Below are positions 29,233 through 39,160 of a stretch of DNA of 64,000 nucleotides, one piece after another (positions within the stretch are counted from its first letter, which is position 1; each line of letters begins with the position of its first letter). Position numbers and translations under genes: made by a program. Under the pieces are notes generated by a model. It saw nothing but the letters and a program-made list of their open reading frames with translations, was not told the DNA's origin and made no database searches. Origin of the DNA: Candidatus Obscuribacteraceae bacterium (GTDB lineage: Bacteria; Cyanobacteriota; Vampirovibrionia; Obscuribacterales; Obscuribacteraceae); assembly GCA_044229845.1 (NCBI GenBank), contig JBGASG010000004.1, positions 433,827 to 497,826 of the forward strand, read 5' to 3'.

Positions 29233-31004
29233 TTCCTGCGCTCCGTCGTGAAGGCCTTCAGGTGTTGCGCATTCGGTTCGCCACCGGTGCCTGTCGGCCG
29301 CGGTGTGTACTGGCTGGCCGGAACCAGCTTCCACTGCCCGTCACCGAGCAGCTCCAGCACATCGGTGTGGTACTTGACCGGGCGCGTACTGCCACCGGCA
29401 GTCAGCACCGTGGTGCCCACACCAGCCAGCACCGAGAAGAGAAGACGTTCGTTGTCTTCCTCGAGCTGCAGGCTGTCGAGCAGCACGTACCGCGGCTTGC
29501 GCCAGATGATACGAGCCAACCCGAGGCGTTGCAGTTCGCTGGAATTGACAAACTCCTTCCAGTTCTGCGGCGTGTCCAGCCCACCGGCTCGCGCCGAGAG
29601 GTCGGACAGTCCCACCAGTGCCAGCACCTGTTGCAGGCGTGCACTGTCGGGACAGGCTTTGCCGTCCACATCCTCATAGCAGAGCACCTGCCGCAAGGTC
29701 ATGGTAGGCAGCACGAACAGCGTGGCGTTCAGGTACATCATCTGGTCGGGACTGGGGATAGTGACCTTGCCGCTACCGGTAACCCAAACGCCGAGAATCG
29801 TGTTGATGACCGCCGACTTGCCGGTGCCTTCGGCGCCGGTAATGTAGATGCTGCGACCTGGCGGCACGACCAGATTGAGATCGAAGATCACCGGCTTCAC
29901 CATATCCGGTGTCATGATCGTCGCGTTATCGAAGGCAATCTGGTCGCCGTGGACGTACTCGATATGCTGTCCGGGCGGCAGTCTTTTGATCTCGCCCTCC
30001 TCGACGGCTTCACGGAAGCCTCCGAGACGGTTGATGATCGCCACATAGTTGGCGATACCGCCGAACTGCCCGATCAGAATCGTCGCCCCACCAAAGACCC
30101 ATCCGAAGGCGATGGTCGCCTGCGTGATCTGTCCCCACTCGACCGAGTGGCTGAAGTAGAGCGGCGCCATGAGCGCTGCCGGGATGAGCGGCACGAGCGC
30201 ATTGTACGGGTTGGTGAAGAGCTGCAATTTGACGTTCAACCACATGATGGAAAGAAGCGTGTCGATTACATCCTTCAACTTGCGCTTGGACTGCGAAAGC
30301 ATCAAAGATTCGGCTCGGTAGAGCGCGATCATGAGCGCCTCGCGGCGGGCTTCAGCGGCAGTGAAGCGCAAATCACCCTCGGTTTGCATCTGCCGAAAGT
30401 TGAGCGCCGCCATGTTGTGACCGATCAACAGCACGGCAACACAACCGAGCACCGCATAGCCGTACACTGCACCGGTGAGAATCGGTGACAGGTGCCAGAG
30501 AACGATCGAGAAGATGATGACGTTGACGACCGAATCGAGGATGGCGAAGAAAAGACCGACCGACGTATTGGCGAACGAGTCGGGGTCCTGGGTCATGCGC
30601 TGATCCGGATTGTCGATGCTGGGATTGCGGATCATCCAGAGATAGGTGCGGTTGGTGAAGTAACCGCGGAACATATCTGCAGACAACCACTGTCGCCAGA
30701 TGAGCGCCAGACGAGTGCGTGTCGCCGCGTACGCTACCTCCAGAGGCGGAATGGCGAGCACAAGCAGCGCCACGTAAATCAACAGGTGGTGGTAGAAGAT
30801 ATCTTCATGCCGCTTCTCGAAGGCCGTCATGAATTGAGCGGCGACCTCCGATGTGTACTTGGCGAGATGAGCGCGTGCGTAAAGCAGCGCGAGAAGCGCG
30901 GCCAGGTGCCCGAGCCCGACCCATTTCTGGTCGGATACCCAGAACGGCTGACCGATCTTGTACAGCCTTTTCCACGGAAGGCCGGTAAGAGAGTTTATTT
31001 TCAT
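29229..31004 (-). CDS. YddA/BacA(ABCD)-type fused ABC transporter with degenerate ATPase motifs
   Basis: WRQWLS, IDNPDQRMTQD, EGDLRF, Walker A GAEGTGKS; signature and Walker B are degenerate. Confidence 0.85.
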   Translation of the reverse strand: MKINSLTGLPWKRLYKIGQPFWVSDQKWVGLGHLAALLALLYARAHLAKYTSEVAAQFMTAFEKRHEDIFYHHLLIYVALLVLAIPPLEVAYAATRTRLALIWRQWLSADMFRGYFTNRTYLWMIRNPSIDNPDQRMTQDPDSFANTSVGLFFAILDSVVNVIIFSIVLWHLSPILTGAVYGYAVLGCVAVLLIGHNMAALNFRQMQTEGDLRFTAAEARREALMIALYRAESLMLSQSKRKLKDVIDTLLSIMWLNVKLQLFTNPYNALVPLIPAALMAPLYFSHSVEWGQITQATIAFGWVFGGATILIGQFGGIANYVAIINRLGGFREAVEEGEIKRLPPGQHIEYVHGDQIAFDNATIMTPDMVKPVIFDLNLVVPPGRSIYITGAEGTGKSAVINTILGVWVTGSGKVTIPSPDQMMYLNATLFVLPTMTLRQVLCYEDVDGKACPDSARLQQVLALVGLSDLSARAGGLDTPQNWKEFVNSSELQRLGLARIIWRKPRYVLLDSLQLEEDNERLLFSVLAGVGTTVLTAGGSTRPVKYHTDVLELLGDGQWKLVPASQYTPRPTGTGGEPNAQHLKAFTTERRK

Positions 31005-31230
31005 GACATGGCTCCGTTTGAGGGAGGACGGGAGTGCCCTCCCAGAGGGGTTTAGTCAGGAAATCCACTCAGATGCGTGCCACCGCCGAAGATGCCTGAG
31101 CACCCCCGGTGGTGGCAAACGCCGAGTCCTGAGCCTCCATGCATTGGCAGGGGTGGAACCTGCCCGGAGCCCAATCAGTCACCACGCAAGTCAGGCGACC
31201 GCAATGCCGCCTGCTGGGGCGACACCGCGA

Positions 31231-32730
31231 TCACCAGATCAAAGTGGTGACCGAGTTGGGTTCGAGATGCACTTCGGCAAACTGTTCCGTCACGTTCAGC
31301 GTCACCGTGCGCGGCTTGTCGGAGCCGTTGGTGATGACGAGAACGCACTGGCCGTCAGGATTCTTGAAAGCCACATGGAACAGGTCTTGATGGTCCCCGT
31401 CGGAGGCAATGCGCACGGCACCGCGCTTGACGAAGCTGGAGAACTGGGCCATAGCCCAGAACTGACCGCTGTAGGAGATGGCGTTCGACTGCGAGTCGAC
31501 AGTCACCAGTCCGCCACACGGGAAGGGTCCGATGTTCGGATTGCCTTTGTCGTCCAGCGCCAGGTTCCAGGCGGTCACCGCCCGGCACCAGTTGCGCAGG
31601 TTGCCCGTGAACGTCTTGCCCCAGCGCACCCAGTCGGTTGCGTAGTTGGGGTCGGTGATGTCCGGACCACCTTCGGTCCAGTACATGCCGATTTGCGGAT
31701 ACGCCTCGTGCACTTGCGTGACGCGAGCGGCGTCGCCGACGTAGCCGTGCCAGGCGATGCCCTGGCAGTGCTCGAGCATGCCGGGTTCAGCCAGAGACGC
31801 GAGCGCGCGTCCCCACAGGTTGTAGTTGTGGTCGAGCATCCAGACCTGGGTGTCGAGAGACGCGGCTTTCAGAGCCGGTCCCAGATGCCCACGAATGAAG
31901 TCGACCTCGTACTCCTGCGGCCACGCGCAGGCGGGCATGCGCCCGTCCTGATCCGTGTCGACCTCGTTGTTGACCGTGACGGCGTGGACGGGAATCCCTT
32001 CCTTGCCGTAGTCCTGAACGAAGCGCACGAAATACTGCGCATGCGCGTCCATATAGCGACGCTGCATGTTGCCGCCCAGCATCGACCCGTTGGACTTCAT
32101 CCAGCCGGGCGGACTCCAGGGCGAGCCGAAGATGAACATCTCCGGGTTCTGAGCGCGTGCCTCGCGAAGCATGGGCAGAATCCACTGCCGGTCATGATCG
32201 ATGGAGAAACGCTTCAGCTCCGGATCCGGTTCAGCTCCGTCGCAGTAGCTGTAGACCTTGGTGGCGTAGTCGGACGCACCCATGCAGACGCGGTTGACAT
32301 TGAGACCGAGCTGCGAAGGGTGGAACAGCTGATGAAACAGCTTGGCGCGCGCGTTCGGATCGAGACGATTGAACGTGAACGCCGCCGCGTCAGTCATGGC
32401 GCCGCCGAACCCGAGGATGCTCTGATAACCCTGGCGAGGGTCGATCTTGATCATCTCGGAAACAGAGCCGGCAGCGACAGAACCGCCGCGGTGAGCGGGT
32501 TTGCCGTCACAGTCTTCGTCCCACCGCCACGAGATCGCGGATTGGGCGGTCAGACGACCCGTCGCGCTGGTCGAAACCGGCTTGAGCGGGCGATCGCGAA
32601 GCGGAAAGCAGGGCGCTTTCAGGGGCCCATCGCAGGGCGTGCTTCGCGGCGGACGGCGAGAAATGAAGGCTCCCAGCATGGCGACAAGCACCACACCGGC
32701 AACCCCTGCGAGTAACTTCAGGTCAACCAT
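31231..32730 (-). CDS. GH30 glycoside hydrolase (glucosylceramidase-like)
   Basis: YQSILGFGGAMTD, SPWSPPGWMK, TVNNE, WTEG, WNLALD..GNPN. Confidence 0.92.
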   Translation of the reverse strand: MVDLKLLAGVAGVVLVAMLGAFISRRPPRSTPCDGPLKAPCFPLRDRPLKPVSTSATGRLTAQSAISWRWDEDCDGKPAHRGGSVAAGSVSEMIKIDPRQGYQSILGFGGAMTDAAAFTFNRLDPNARAKLFHQLFHPSQLGLNVNRVCMGASDYATKVYSYCDGAEPDPELKRFSIDHDRQWILPMLREARAQNPEMFIFGSPWSPPGWMKSNGSMLGGNMQRRYMDAHAQYFVRFVQDYGKEGIPVHAVTVNNEVDTDQDGRMPACAWPQEYEVDFIRGHLGPALKAASLDTQVWMLDHNYNLWGRALASLAEPGMLEHCQGIAWHGYVGDAARVTQVHEAYPQIGMYWTEGGPDITDPNYATDWVRWGKTFTGNLRNWCRAVTAWNLALDDKGNPNIGPFPCGGLVTVDSQSNAISYSGQFWAMAQFSSFVKRGAVRIASDGDHQDLFHVAFKNPDGQCVLVITNGSDKPRTVTLNVTEQFAEVHLEPNSVTTLIW

Positions 32731-32946
32731 GGTATGACCTCGTTTGGTTGATTCTGATTGAGATTTGCCGCCCGCCGGGCAGCCGCCGAAGCGGTGCGCA
32801 GCCCCAATCGGACCGTTTCGCTTTCGATGCGAATCCGGTTTCTTCCGATCGGCGGCTGGGCACCATATTCGGTGCTGTCCCAGGCAGGCGACGCGAAAAC
32901 TCGGGCAGATTAGATTAGTTGCTCAGCCCGAGCTATTTCGGGGGGG

Positions 32947-33396
32947 TTAGTGACCCCGAAACTTGTTGCCGGCGCGCATCGGCAGCCAGGTGCGTCCCCG
33001 GGTGGGAATGACACCGCTGATGATGCCGACGCCGAACCCGGCGATGGCGGTGGTCACCGTCAATGCCAGGTAGTTGGTGATGGCCACATACGGCACGATC
33101 AACGTGGACAGCCAGAAGCCCACGCAGAGCGTCACCGCGAAGGCGAGCCACTGAATGAAGCGACCGGTCTGAAACCAGTTGAACAGCGAACGCATGCCGC
33201 CGGTGATGGCGACGCCACCGAAGACGCCGACGACACCGGTGATCACAGCCGTGGCCAGCACGCCGACCCAGCTGGCGATGGTGTGCGTCGAGCCCCAGGT
33301 GAGGGCGAGCGCCAGAAACGCAGCCGCCGAGAAGATGGCGACTGTGTTGAACGTGTGCCGACCGGCGAAGCCGTGCGGCGTTTTGATGTTGAACAT
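32947..33396 (-). CDS. Multi-pass membrane protein
   Basis: Four TM segments, GGAG RBS. Confidence 0.7.
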   Translation of the reverse strand: MFNIKTPHGFAGRHTFNTVAIFSAAAFLALALTWGSTHTIASWVGVLATAVITGVVGVFGGVAITGGMRSLFNWFQTGRFIQWLAFAVTLCVGFWLSTLIVPYVAITNYLALTVTTAIAGFGVGIISGVIPTRGRTWLPMRAGNKFRGH

Positions 33397-34106
33397 AGAG
33401 CAACTCCGTGTTCTCGACGACATCGGCTCTGCATACCGATTCGTCGCGTGATGCGGTTGACGAGTCGACACCACCATGGCGGCGACCACTCTTCTCTCGT
33501 TCGCGGAATCAGGTGAGTTGACCTTGAGAACCCAGCCTGAGTCGCCCTCCACTGGACGTGAAGTCAGTGTTATCTGGAGAGCTAATTAGCCAGGGGTATG
33601 GGCTGTTTCCGTGGACGGAGTGCAGAAAGAAAGAGACAGGTCAGAGTACGAAACTAGAACCAGCCAGGGCTATCCTCCAGTTTCAGATCTGATTGAAAAC
33701 TAATCGATTTCAGCATCTCGTCGCTGTCAGAACTCGCACAGCGACAGGTGAATGTTTGTAATCAAACTTGGTGCGTTTGTAATCAGATCCTTAATTCTGA
33801 CCACTAACAAATCTTGATACACAACTTATCTCTGAATATTTGAGATCCAGCACCGTTTCTTGATAGAGAAAGGCGTCTTCCTCACATTTTCTTTTCCAGT
33901 TCGTTCCCCGGCCAAAAACCAGCATTAGTCACGACCTTTGCACGTCGCCTTCCGACTCCTCATCGGTAATGGGCGGCCGCGTTGTCGGTTTGACTGGTCG
34001 TTGGCGCTGCGGAGCGGAGTTTCGAATTGGAAGAGTGACTGCGAGAGAGGCACTAAATCCGGTGTCAAGCCGGGCTTTTTTCAGCCTTGTTTTAGAGAGG
34101 AAAAGC

Positions 34107-34454
34107 ATGAAGAAACTCTACGTTCCCGTCACCGTGGATCAAGGTGTCGCCGTCCTGCGCCGTCAGATTCCCCTGGAGAATGCCGCGCGCACGGACAAGC
34201 ACACAGTGATCGCCTACACAGACCGCGCGGTGGCGGTTCTGGAGGGGCGACGCGCCGACAGCGATCTCACCGAGATCGGTCTTTTGGCCGTCGAAATCGA
34301 AGAGCATCTGTTCGAGACGCTGCTCGTCGGCGACTGGATCCATCACGGACCTGTCGCTCACTGGCTCTCGGATCAGAGCTTGGAACTGGAGCACGGCGCC
34401 TACGGCCGGTTCAGCCATGAGGCGCACTTCAGCCTGGAAGTGGTGAAAAAGTAA
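34107..34454 (+). CDS. Hypothetical protein
   Basis: GAGG RBS, MKKLYVPVTV. Confidence 0.65.
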   Translation: MKKLYVPVTVDQGVAVLRRQIPLENAARTDKHTVIAYTDRAVAVLEGRRADSDLTEIGLLAVEIEEHLFETLLVGDWIHHGPVAHWLSDQSLELEHGAYGRFSHEAHFSLEVVKK

Positions 34455-34519
34455 ACGACACGCTTCCAGTCAGGACACAGACCCTAAACCAAACCTCCTT
34501 GTTAGGAAAGGGAAAGTCC

Positions 34520-34999
34520 ATGACGACCCCGCGTTACGAGCCGGAAGCGACGGCTCTTTCAGTCGCAACCGTCTCACCCGCGCGTGGCGCCGGCGATGCT
34601 TCGACCCTCAGGGTTGGAGCTACCGCCAGCTTCACTCGCACCATCACGCAAGCAGACATCGATGCGTTCGCCGAAGTCTCAGGCGACGATCAGCCGTTGC
34701 ATCTGGATCCGGCAGTCGCCGCCCAGAGCATCTTCGGCGGTATCGTCGCCCACGGCATGCTGTCCGGAGCCATCTGGTCGGCAGTCCTCGGCAAGCACAT
34801 CCCCGGTCCCGGCACCATCCTCACGGGCTGGGACGAGATGCGCTTCGTGAAGCCCGTTCGCCCGGGGGACGAAGTCACCTTCCACGGTGAAATCGTCGAA
34901 ATCGGCGAGCGCGGCAAGATGAAGGTCAAACTCACGGCGGTGAAAGCCAACGGTGAGCTGACTGCCTACGGCACGGCCTGCGTCGTCTACCGGCGCTGA
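34520..34999 (+). CDS. MaoC/PhaJ-like (R)-hydratase, hotdog fold
   Basis: FAEVSGDDQPLHLD..FGGIVAHGML..PGPGTI..RFVKPV. Confidence 0.92.
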   Translation: MTTPRYEPEATALSVATVSPARGAGDASTLRVGATASFTRTITQADIDAFAEVSGDDQPLHLDPAVAAQSIFGGIVAHGMLSGAIWSAVLGKHIPGPGTILTGWDEMRFVKPVRPGDEVTFHGEIVEIGERGKMKVKLTAVKANGELTAYGTACVVYRR

Positions 35000-35177
35000 C
35001 CGCTTACGGCATTGGTCTGCGCCAGCCGGCGCTGACCGCCGCGAAAACGAGACGGGCCTGCATCACTCGGGGCCGTCTCACCAATACAGCAAACCGGGGC
35101 TCGCACAAAGCCCCCAACTTCACGCCAACGAAGCGGAAAGCGGCTTGCCGCTTTCCGTTTCTTCAGGAGATACAACC

Positions 35178-35828
35178 ATGACACGCCACCACAGACAGGG
35201 GCGCGGACGAAACCGCCGCCGGCGCGACACCACGACCCTGGTCCTGAGCGGCGCGGACTGGGTCAACCAGTTTCCCACATCGCGCGACGTGGAGGACCTG
35301 GCATCGCCGTTTCGCGAGAACGTCAGATCGTTCATCGCCGCCCTGCAAACCGCAGGCGCTACAGTCTCCATCGCCGCCACGTACAGGCCGGCGGAACGGG
35401 CTTACCTCATGCACTATGCGTACCGCATTGCTCGGGAAGGTCTGAATCCGCGCGACGTGCCTGCACGCAACGGCGTCGACATCGAGTGGGTTCATCGCAA
35501 GGCGAACAACCAGGTCGACCTGGTCGCCTCGAAGAATGCCGCCGAAGACATGGTGCTCGCATACGGCATCGTCTATCGCCCGGCTCTCAACTCGCAGCAC
35601 ACGCGGCGACTGGCCATCGACATGACCATCACCTGGTCGGGCACGCTGTCCATCAAGAATGGCAGAGACAGGACGGTGGACATCACATCCTCACCACGCA
35701 CAGGTCAGAACGGCGAATTGCACGCCGTCGGACAGACCTACAACGTGGTGAAGCTGGTTTCCGACCCGCCGCACTGGTCGGCTGACGGCACGCTGCGCAC
35801 CCGCAGCCGGCGCCGCGGCACGCGCTAG
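35178..35828 (+). CDS. M15-like (Hedgehog/DD-peptidase fold) peptidoglycan peptidase
   Basis: TYRP, SQHTRRLAIDM (HxxxxxxD) and DPPHWS metal-ligand pattern; AGGAG RBS. Confidence 0.65.
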   Translation: MTRHHRQGRGRNRRRRDTTTLVLSGADWVNQFPTSRDVEDLASPFRENVRSFIAALQTAGATVSIAATYRPAERAYLMHYAYRIAREGLNPRDVPARNGVDIEWVHRKANNQVDLVASKNAAEDMVLAYGIVYRPALNSQHTRRLAIDMTITWSGTLSIKNGRDRTVDITSSPRTGQNGELHAVGQTYNVVKLVSDPPHWSADGTLRTRSRRRGTR

Positions 35829-35956
35829 GCGGTTTTTTCCGCACCCTCCCTTAGCGACGCACGGTTCTTGCGGATTGCTGCAGGCAAAGCTTCGGCAATG
35901 TCTGTATCCGCAGGAACCGTCGTCTTTTCCTCCCAAAATTTTTTCCACACACCGCC

Positions 35957-35973
35957 TACGATGCTATATCGTA
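35957..35973. other. ACTA-N7-TAGT family site (symmetric variant)
   Basis: TACGA TGCTATA TCGTA. Confidence 0.6.
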
Positions 35974-36296
35974 TATCCACGAATCTCCCACGGGGTGCCC
36001 AATTACGGTACACCGTAAAAATCCACTCCAGAAATTCGGTATACCGGAAACGGACCCGGCTCGCGAAGCGGACTGCGTGCCGCAGCACTTCCGGACCACC
36101 TTAAGATAATTTCTGATGTTTCATACACCATATCTGGTGCAGGGTGAGGTTATCCCTCGTTTCCTCCCGCACCCCGCACTTCCCGCACCACACAACCTCC
36201 CGCAGAGCCACATCTCATACCCGCGCCCGCGACGAATTGTCGTACACCGATCTGTTTTCCCGTCAGGGGAAATTCGGTTTTAGCCAGGAGGCTGCC

Positions 36297-37403
36297 ATGC
36301 CCCGTTTCTTCTTCTTCGTGCATCCTGATTTGCATCTGACGCCGCGCGGCGTCCTGCGCTCCGTTCTGAGCAGCCGTGATCTGCCGCCTTTGCTAGGCTC
36401 GCTGGCTGTCATCGGCGTCGTAGTCGGGGCTCTGCTTTTCGCCTGGCGCCCCGCCCCGCCACCGCCGCACACAACCAACACGAATGTGACGTACGAGCTG
36501 GGCGCCGCGAGCTCCGGGATCTACATGCAGAAACACCTGCGGCGCGCCGACGGCACCGTGCGACAGACGCTGATCGATTACACCAACGGCGCTCTCGGCA
36601 CCATCAACTACCGCCTCAACGGCACCGCGCAAGACTTCGCCATCGTGGCAGCGGACGGCACCCACACGCTGGAGGCGATTTACGCCGCGGACGGCAAGAC
36701 TGTGGTGCAGGGCTTCGAGCTGCGCGGCGACCGCACGCTCGCCTGGAAGACCGACAGGCTTGTCGACGGCAGCCTGCGCACAGTCAGCTACTGGAGCGAC
36801 GGGCGGCAGCCCTTCTCCATCAGCATCACCAACGACAAGGCGGTCACCGCCGACTTCGTCTACTTCCGGGCAGACGGCAAACCGTGGGCGCACCAGTGGT
36901 TCAAGGGTCTCGACAGCAAGGGCATTTTGCTCGGCGAAGACCTCTACTCGGCGCGCACCGGGCTGATCGAACGCTCGATTCGGCATATCACCGACGGACG
37001 CCCCAGCGATACGGCGACCTACTACCGGATCGACGGCACAGCGCGCCTGCGGCTGGTCTGGCTGGGTCGGGGGTCGCATGAGGGTTTCTACATGGAGCTG
37101 GACAGCACCACCCTCTTCGCCGCTGACGGGCAAACGCAAACACTGCTGATTTCCTGGTCGGAGCTGGCGCCCTGGGCAATCACCACCTACAACGGCGACG
37201 GCACCAGCGTCGTCAACCGCTATCTCAACGGCGCACCGCGCAACCGCAAGGTGGTGGCAGCCGACGGCACCACGATCAGCGACACCGCCGATGGTGCCGA
37301 CCCGACTTTGCCGGCGCAGATTCTGCCTGAATATCGAGCCGCCTCGGCGCCCAAACAGGCTGATCCGCCAGCCGAGCGCCAGGCAGCCGAAACCCGTCCG
37401 TAG
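36297..37403 (+). CDS. Membrane-anchored MORN/YwqK-like beta-repeat protein (paralog 1)
   Basis: TM followed by repeated Y/F-x-x-DG turns; AGGAGG RBS. Confidence 0.7.
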   Translation: MPRFFFFVHPDLHLTPRGVLRSVLSSRDLPPLLGSLAVIGVVVGALLFAWRPAPPPPHTTNTNVTYELGAASSGIYMQKHLRRADGTVRQTLIDYTNGALGTINYRLNGTAQDFAIVAADGTHTLEAIYAADGKTVVQGFELRGDRTLAWKTDRLVDGSLRTVSYWSDGRQPFSISITNDKAVTADFVYFRADGKPWAHQWFKGLDSKGILLGEDLYSARTGLIERSIRHITDGRPSDTATYYRIDGTARLRLVWLGRGSHEGFYMELDSTTLFAADGQTQTLLISWSELAPWAITTYNGDGTSVVNRYLNGAPRNRKVVAADGTTISDTADGADPTLPAQILPEYRAASAPKQADPPAERQAAETRP

Positions 37404-37811
37404 GCGGCAATGGACCCTCGGGCATCTTGCACATGTCCGAGGGTCCGTATCCGGCCAGTGCGCACGCTTGCGCGAGCCATTCAGCGCACCCAGCTAGCGC
37501 GAGTGCGCGCCAGCGTGCAAGCGGCGTGGAAACCAAGCCCGCTGCCACTCTCGCTGATTGTAAAGAGGCGCGCAAACAAACCGCATAACAATAGTTTTCG
37601 TGATCATCACACCACAGGTGGTGCAGGTTCTTCTTATCACTTCTTTTTTCTCGCGATTCTCAAGCACGACTCTCGAAACCAATAACAAAAGCGCCAGCAC
37701 CACATTCGCAAGACAACATCCTGCTCACGCACGGCTGGTGTCCCGTCTCTGGCTCGCGAGAGAAGAGAAGTTTCCTCACTCACTCAACCCAATCACCTGA
37801 TGGAGGTTCTC

Positions 37812-38915
37812 GTGCAGAACACCAATCCTAAGTCCAGCAGGCTGCGCGCCGTGCTGTCCAATGCTATCCCCATCCTCGGCAAGAGCTGGGAACTGCCGGT
37901 TCTGGCAGTCACCGTCGCGGTCATGGTCGGCGTCATCGTGCTTTTCGGCATGCTCTGGCGCGACCCGCAACCGCTGCACAACGACACCAACCCGCTCGTC
38001 ACCTACGAACTCGGCGACGAACGCATCGGCGAGTACATGCGCCAGCACTTCCGGCGCAACGACCGCTCGATGCTGAAGACCCTGATCACCTATCGCAACG
38101 GCGACCTCGGCACGGTCAACTACCGCACCGACAGCACGTTCCGCGACTTCACGGTGGTGGCACAGGACGGCACGCACGTCCGCGAAACCAGCTACGACAT
38201 CACCGGCAAGAAGGTGGTCAAAGGCTTCGAGCTGCGCTCCGATCGGACGCGGCTCTGGCAGACCGAGACGCTCGCCAACGGCACCGTGAAGACTGTCGTC
38301 TTCTGGCGCGACGGTAAGCAGCCTTTCTCCGTGCGCCTGGTCAACGAGAAAGACAACACCACCGACTTCACCTACTTCCGCCAGGACGGCAAGATGTGGG
38401 TGCACCAGTGGTTCGTCGGCTCGTACTACCGGCAGGGCGAAGACCTGTACTCGGAGAAGACCGGACTTCTCGAGCGCACCTACCGGCGCCCGAAAGACCG
38501 CAGCAGCGCCGAGGAAGTAACTTACTACGGCGCCAATGGCGTTCCGGCCTTCAAGCTCACCTGGGTGACCACCTCCAGCGAGCACTCGTATTCGGTCGAC
38601 CTCTCCAACACGGTCGTGTTCAACGCGGACGGCCAGACGCCCGCGCTGACCATCTCCTGGGTCTGGGGATCGAAACCGGATTCGATCATGGTGCCCAATC
38701 CCGACGGAACGCGCGTCGTCAACCACTACGGCACCAAGGGCGAACCGCTGGCACAACGGCTGGTCGCCAAAGACGGCACGCAAATCTCGTCCACCGAGAA
38801 GGGCGCCGACCTGAGCTTGCTGGCTCGCGTCAAGCCGGAATACTACGTTCAGACAAGACCGGAACCAGTCGACCCGGTGCCGGTCTGGAAGGAAGCGGAA
38901 GCGAAGTCGCCCTAG
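37812..38915 (+). CDS. Membrane-anchored MORN/YwqK-like beta-repeat protein (paralog 2)
   Basis: Colinear with 36297..37403 (VTYELG, GFELRxDRT, YFRxDGK, GEDLYS); GGAGG before GTG. Confidence 0.75.
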   Translation: MQNTNPKSSRLRAVLSNAIPILGKSWELPVLAVTVAVMVGVIVLFGMLWRDPQPLHNDTNPLVTYELGDERIGEYMRQHFRRNDRSMLKTLITYRNGDLGTVNYRTDSTFRDFTVVAQDGTHVRETSYDITGKKVVKGFELRSDRTRLWQTETLANGTVKTVVFWRDGKQPFSVRLVNEKDNTTDFTYFRQDGKMWVHQWFVGSYYRQGEDLYSEKTGLLERTYRRPKDRSSAEEVTYYGANGVPAFKLTWVTTSSEHSYSVDLSNTVVFNADGQTPALTISWVWGSKPDSIMVPNPDGTRVVNHYGTKGEPLAQRLVAKDGTQISSTEKGADLSLLARVKPEYYVQTRPEPVDPVPVWKEAEAKSP

Positions 38916-38965
38916 CGGTTGACTTAGCTGCGCGCTGACTTCCATCTGAGTGAGAAGCGACTGCA

Positions 38966-39022
38966 CGGTTCCTCCCGCGACAAGGCGCAAGCCAAGGCGC
39001 AGCGGAGGAACCGTTTCTTTTT
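38966..39022 (+). terminator. Intrinsic terminator
   Basis: CGGTTCCTCC...GGAGGAACCG stem followed by TTTCTTTTT. Confidence 0.6.
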
Positions 39023-39031
39023 GACCTTATT

Positions 39032-39048
39032 TACTATTTGCAATAGTT
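39032..39048. other. ACTA-N7-TAGT family site
   Basis: TACTA TTTGCAA TAGTT, after a terminator, between convergent genes. Confidence 0.72.
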
Positions 39049-39160
39049 TCTCCAGGCAAAAAACCTTCTCTGCAAGAAACAGGAGGCGGAGAAGGGAGCC
39101 GTCGCACTCGGCTCCTCTTCTCTCGGTCTCGTGGGCGGCGACTCGTCTGACTGCCTTGCC

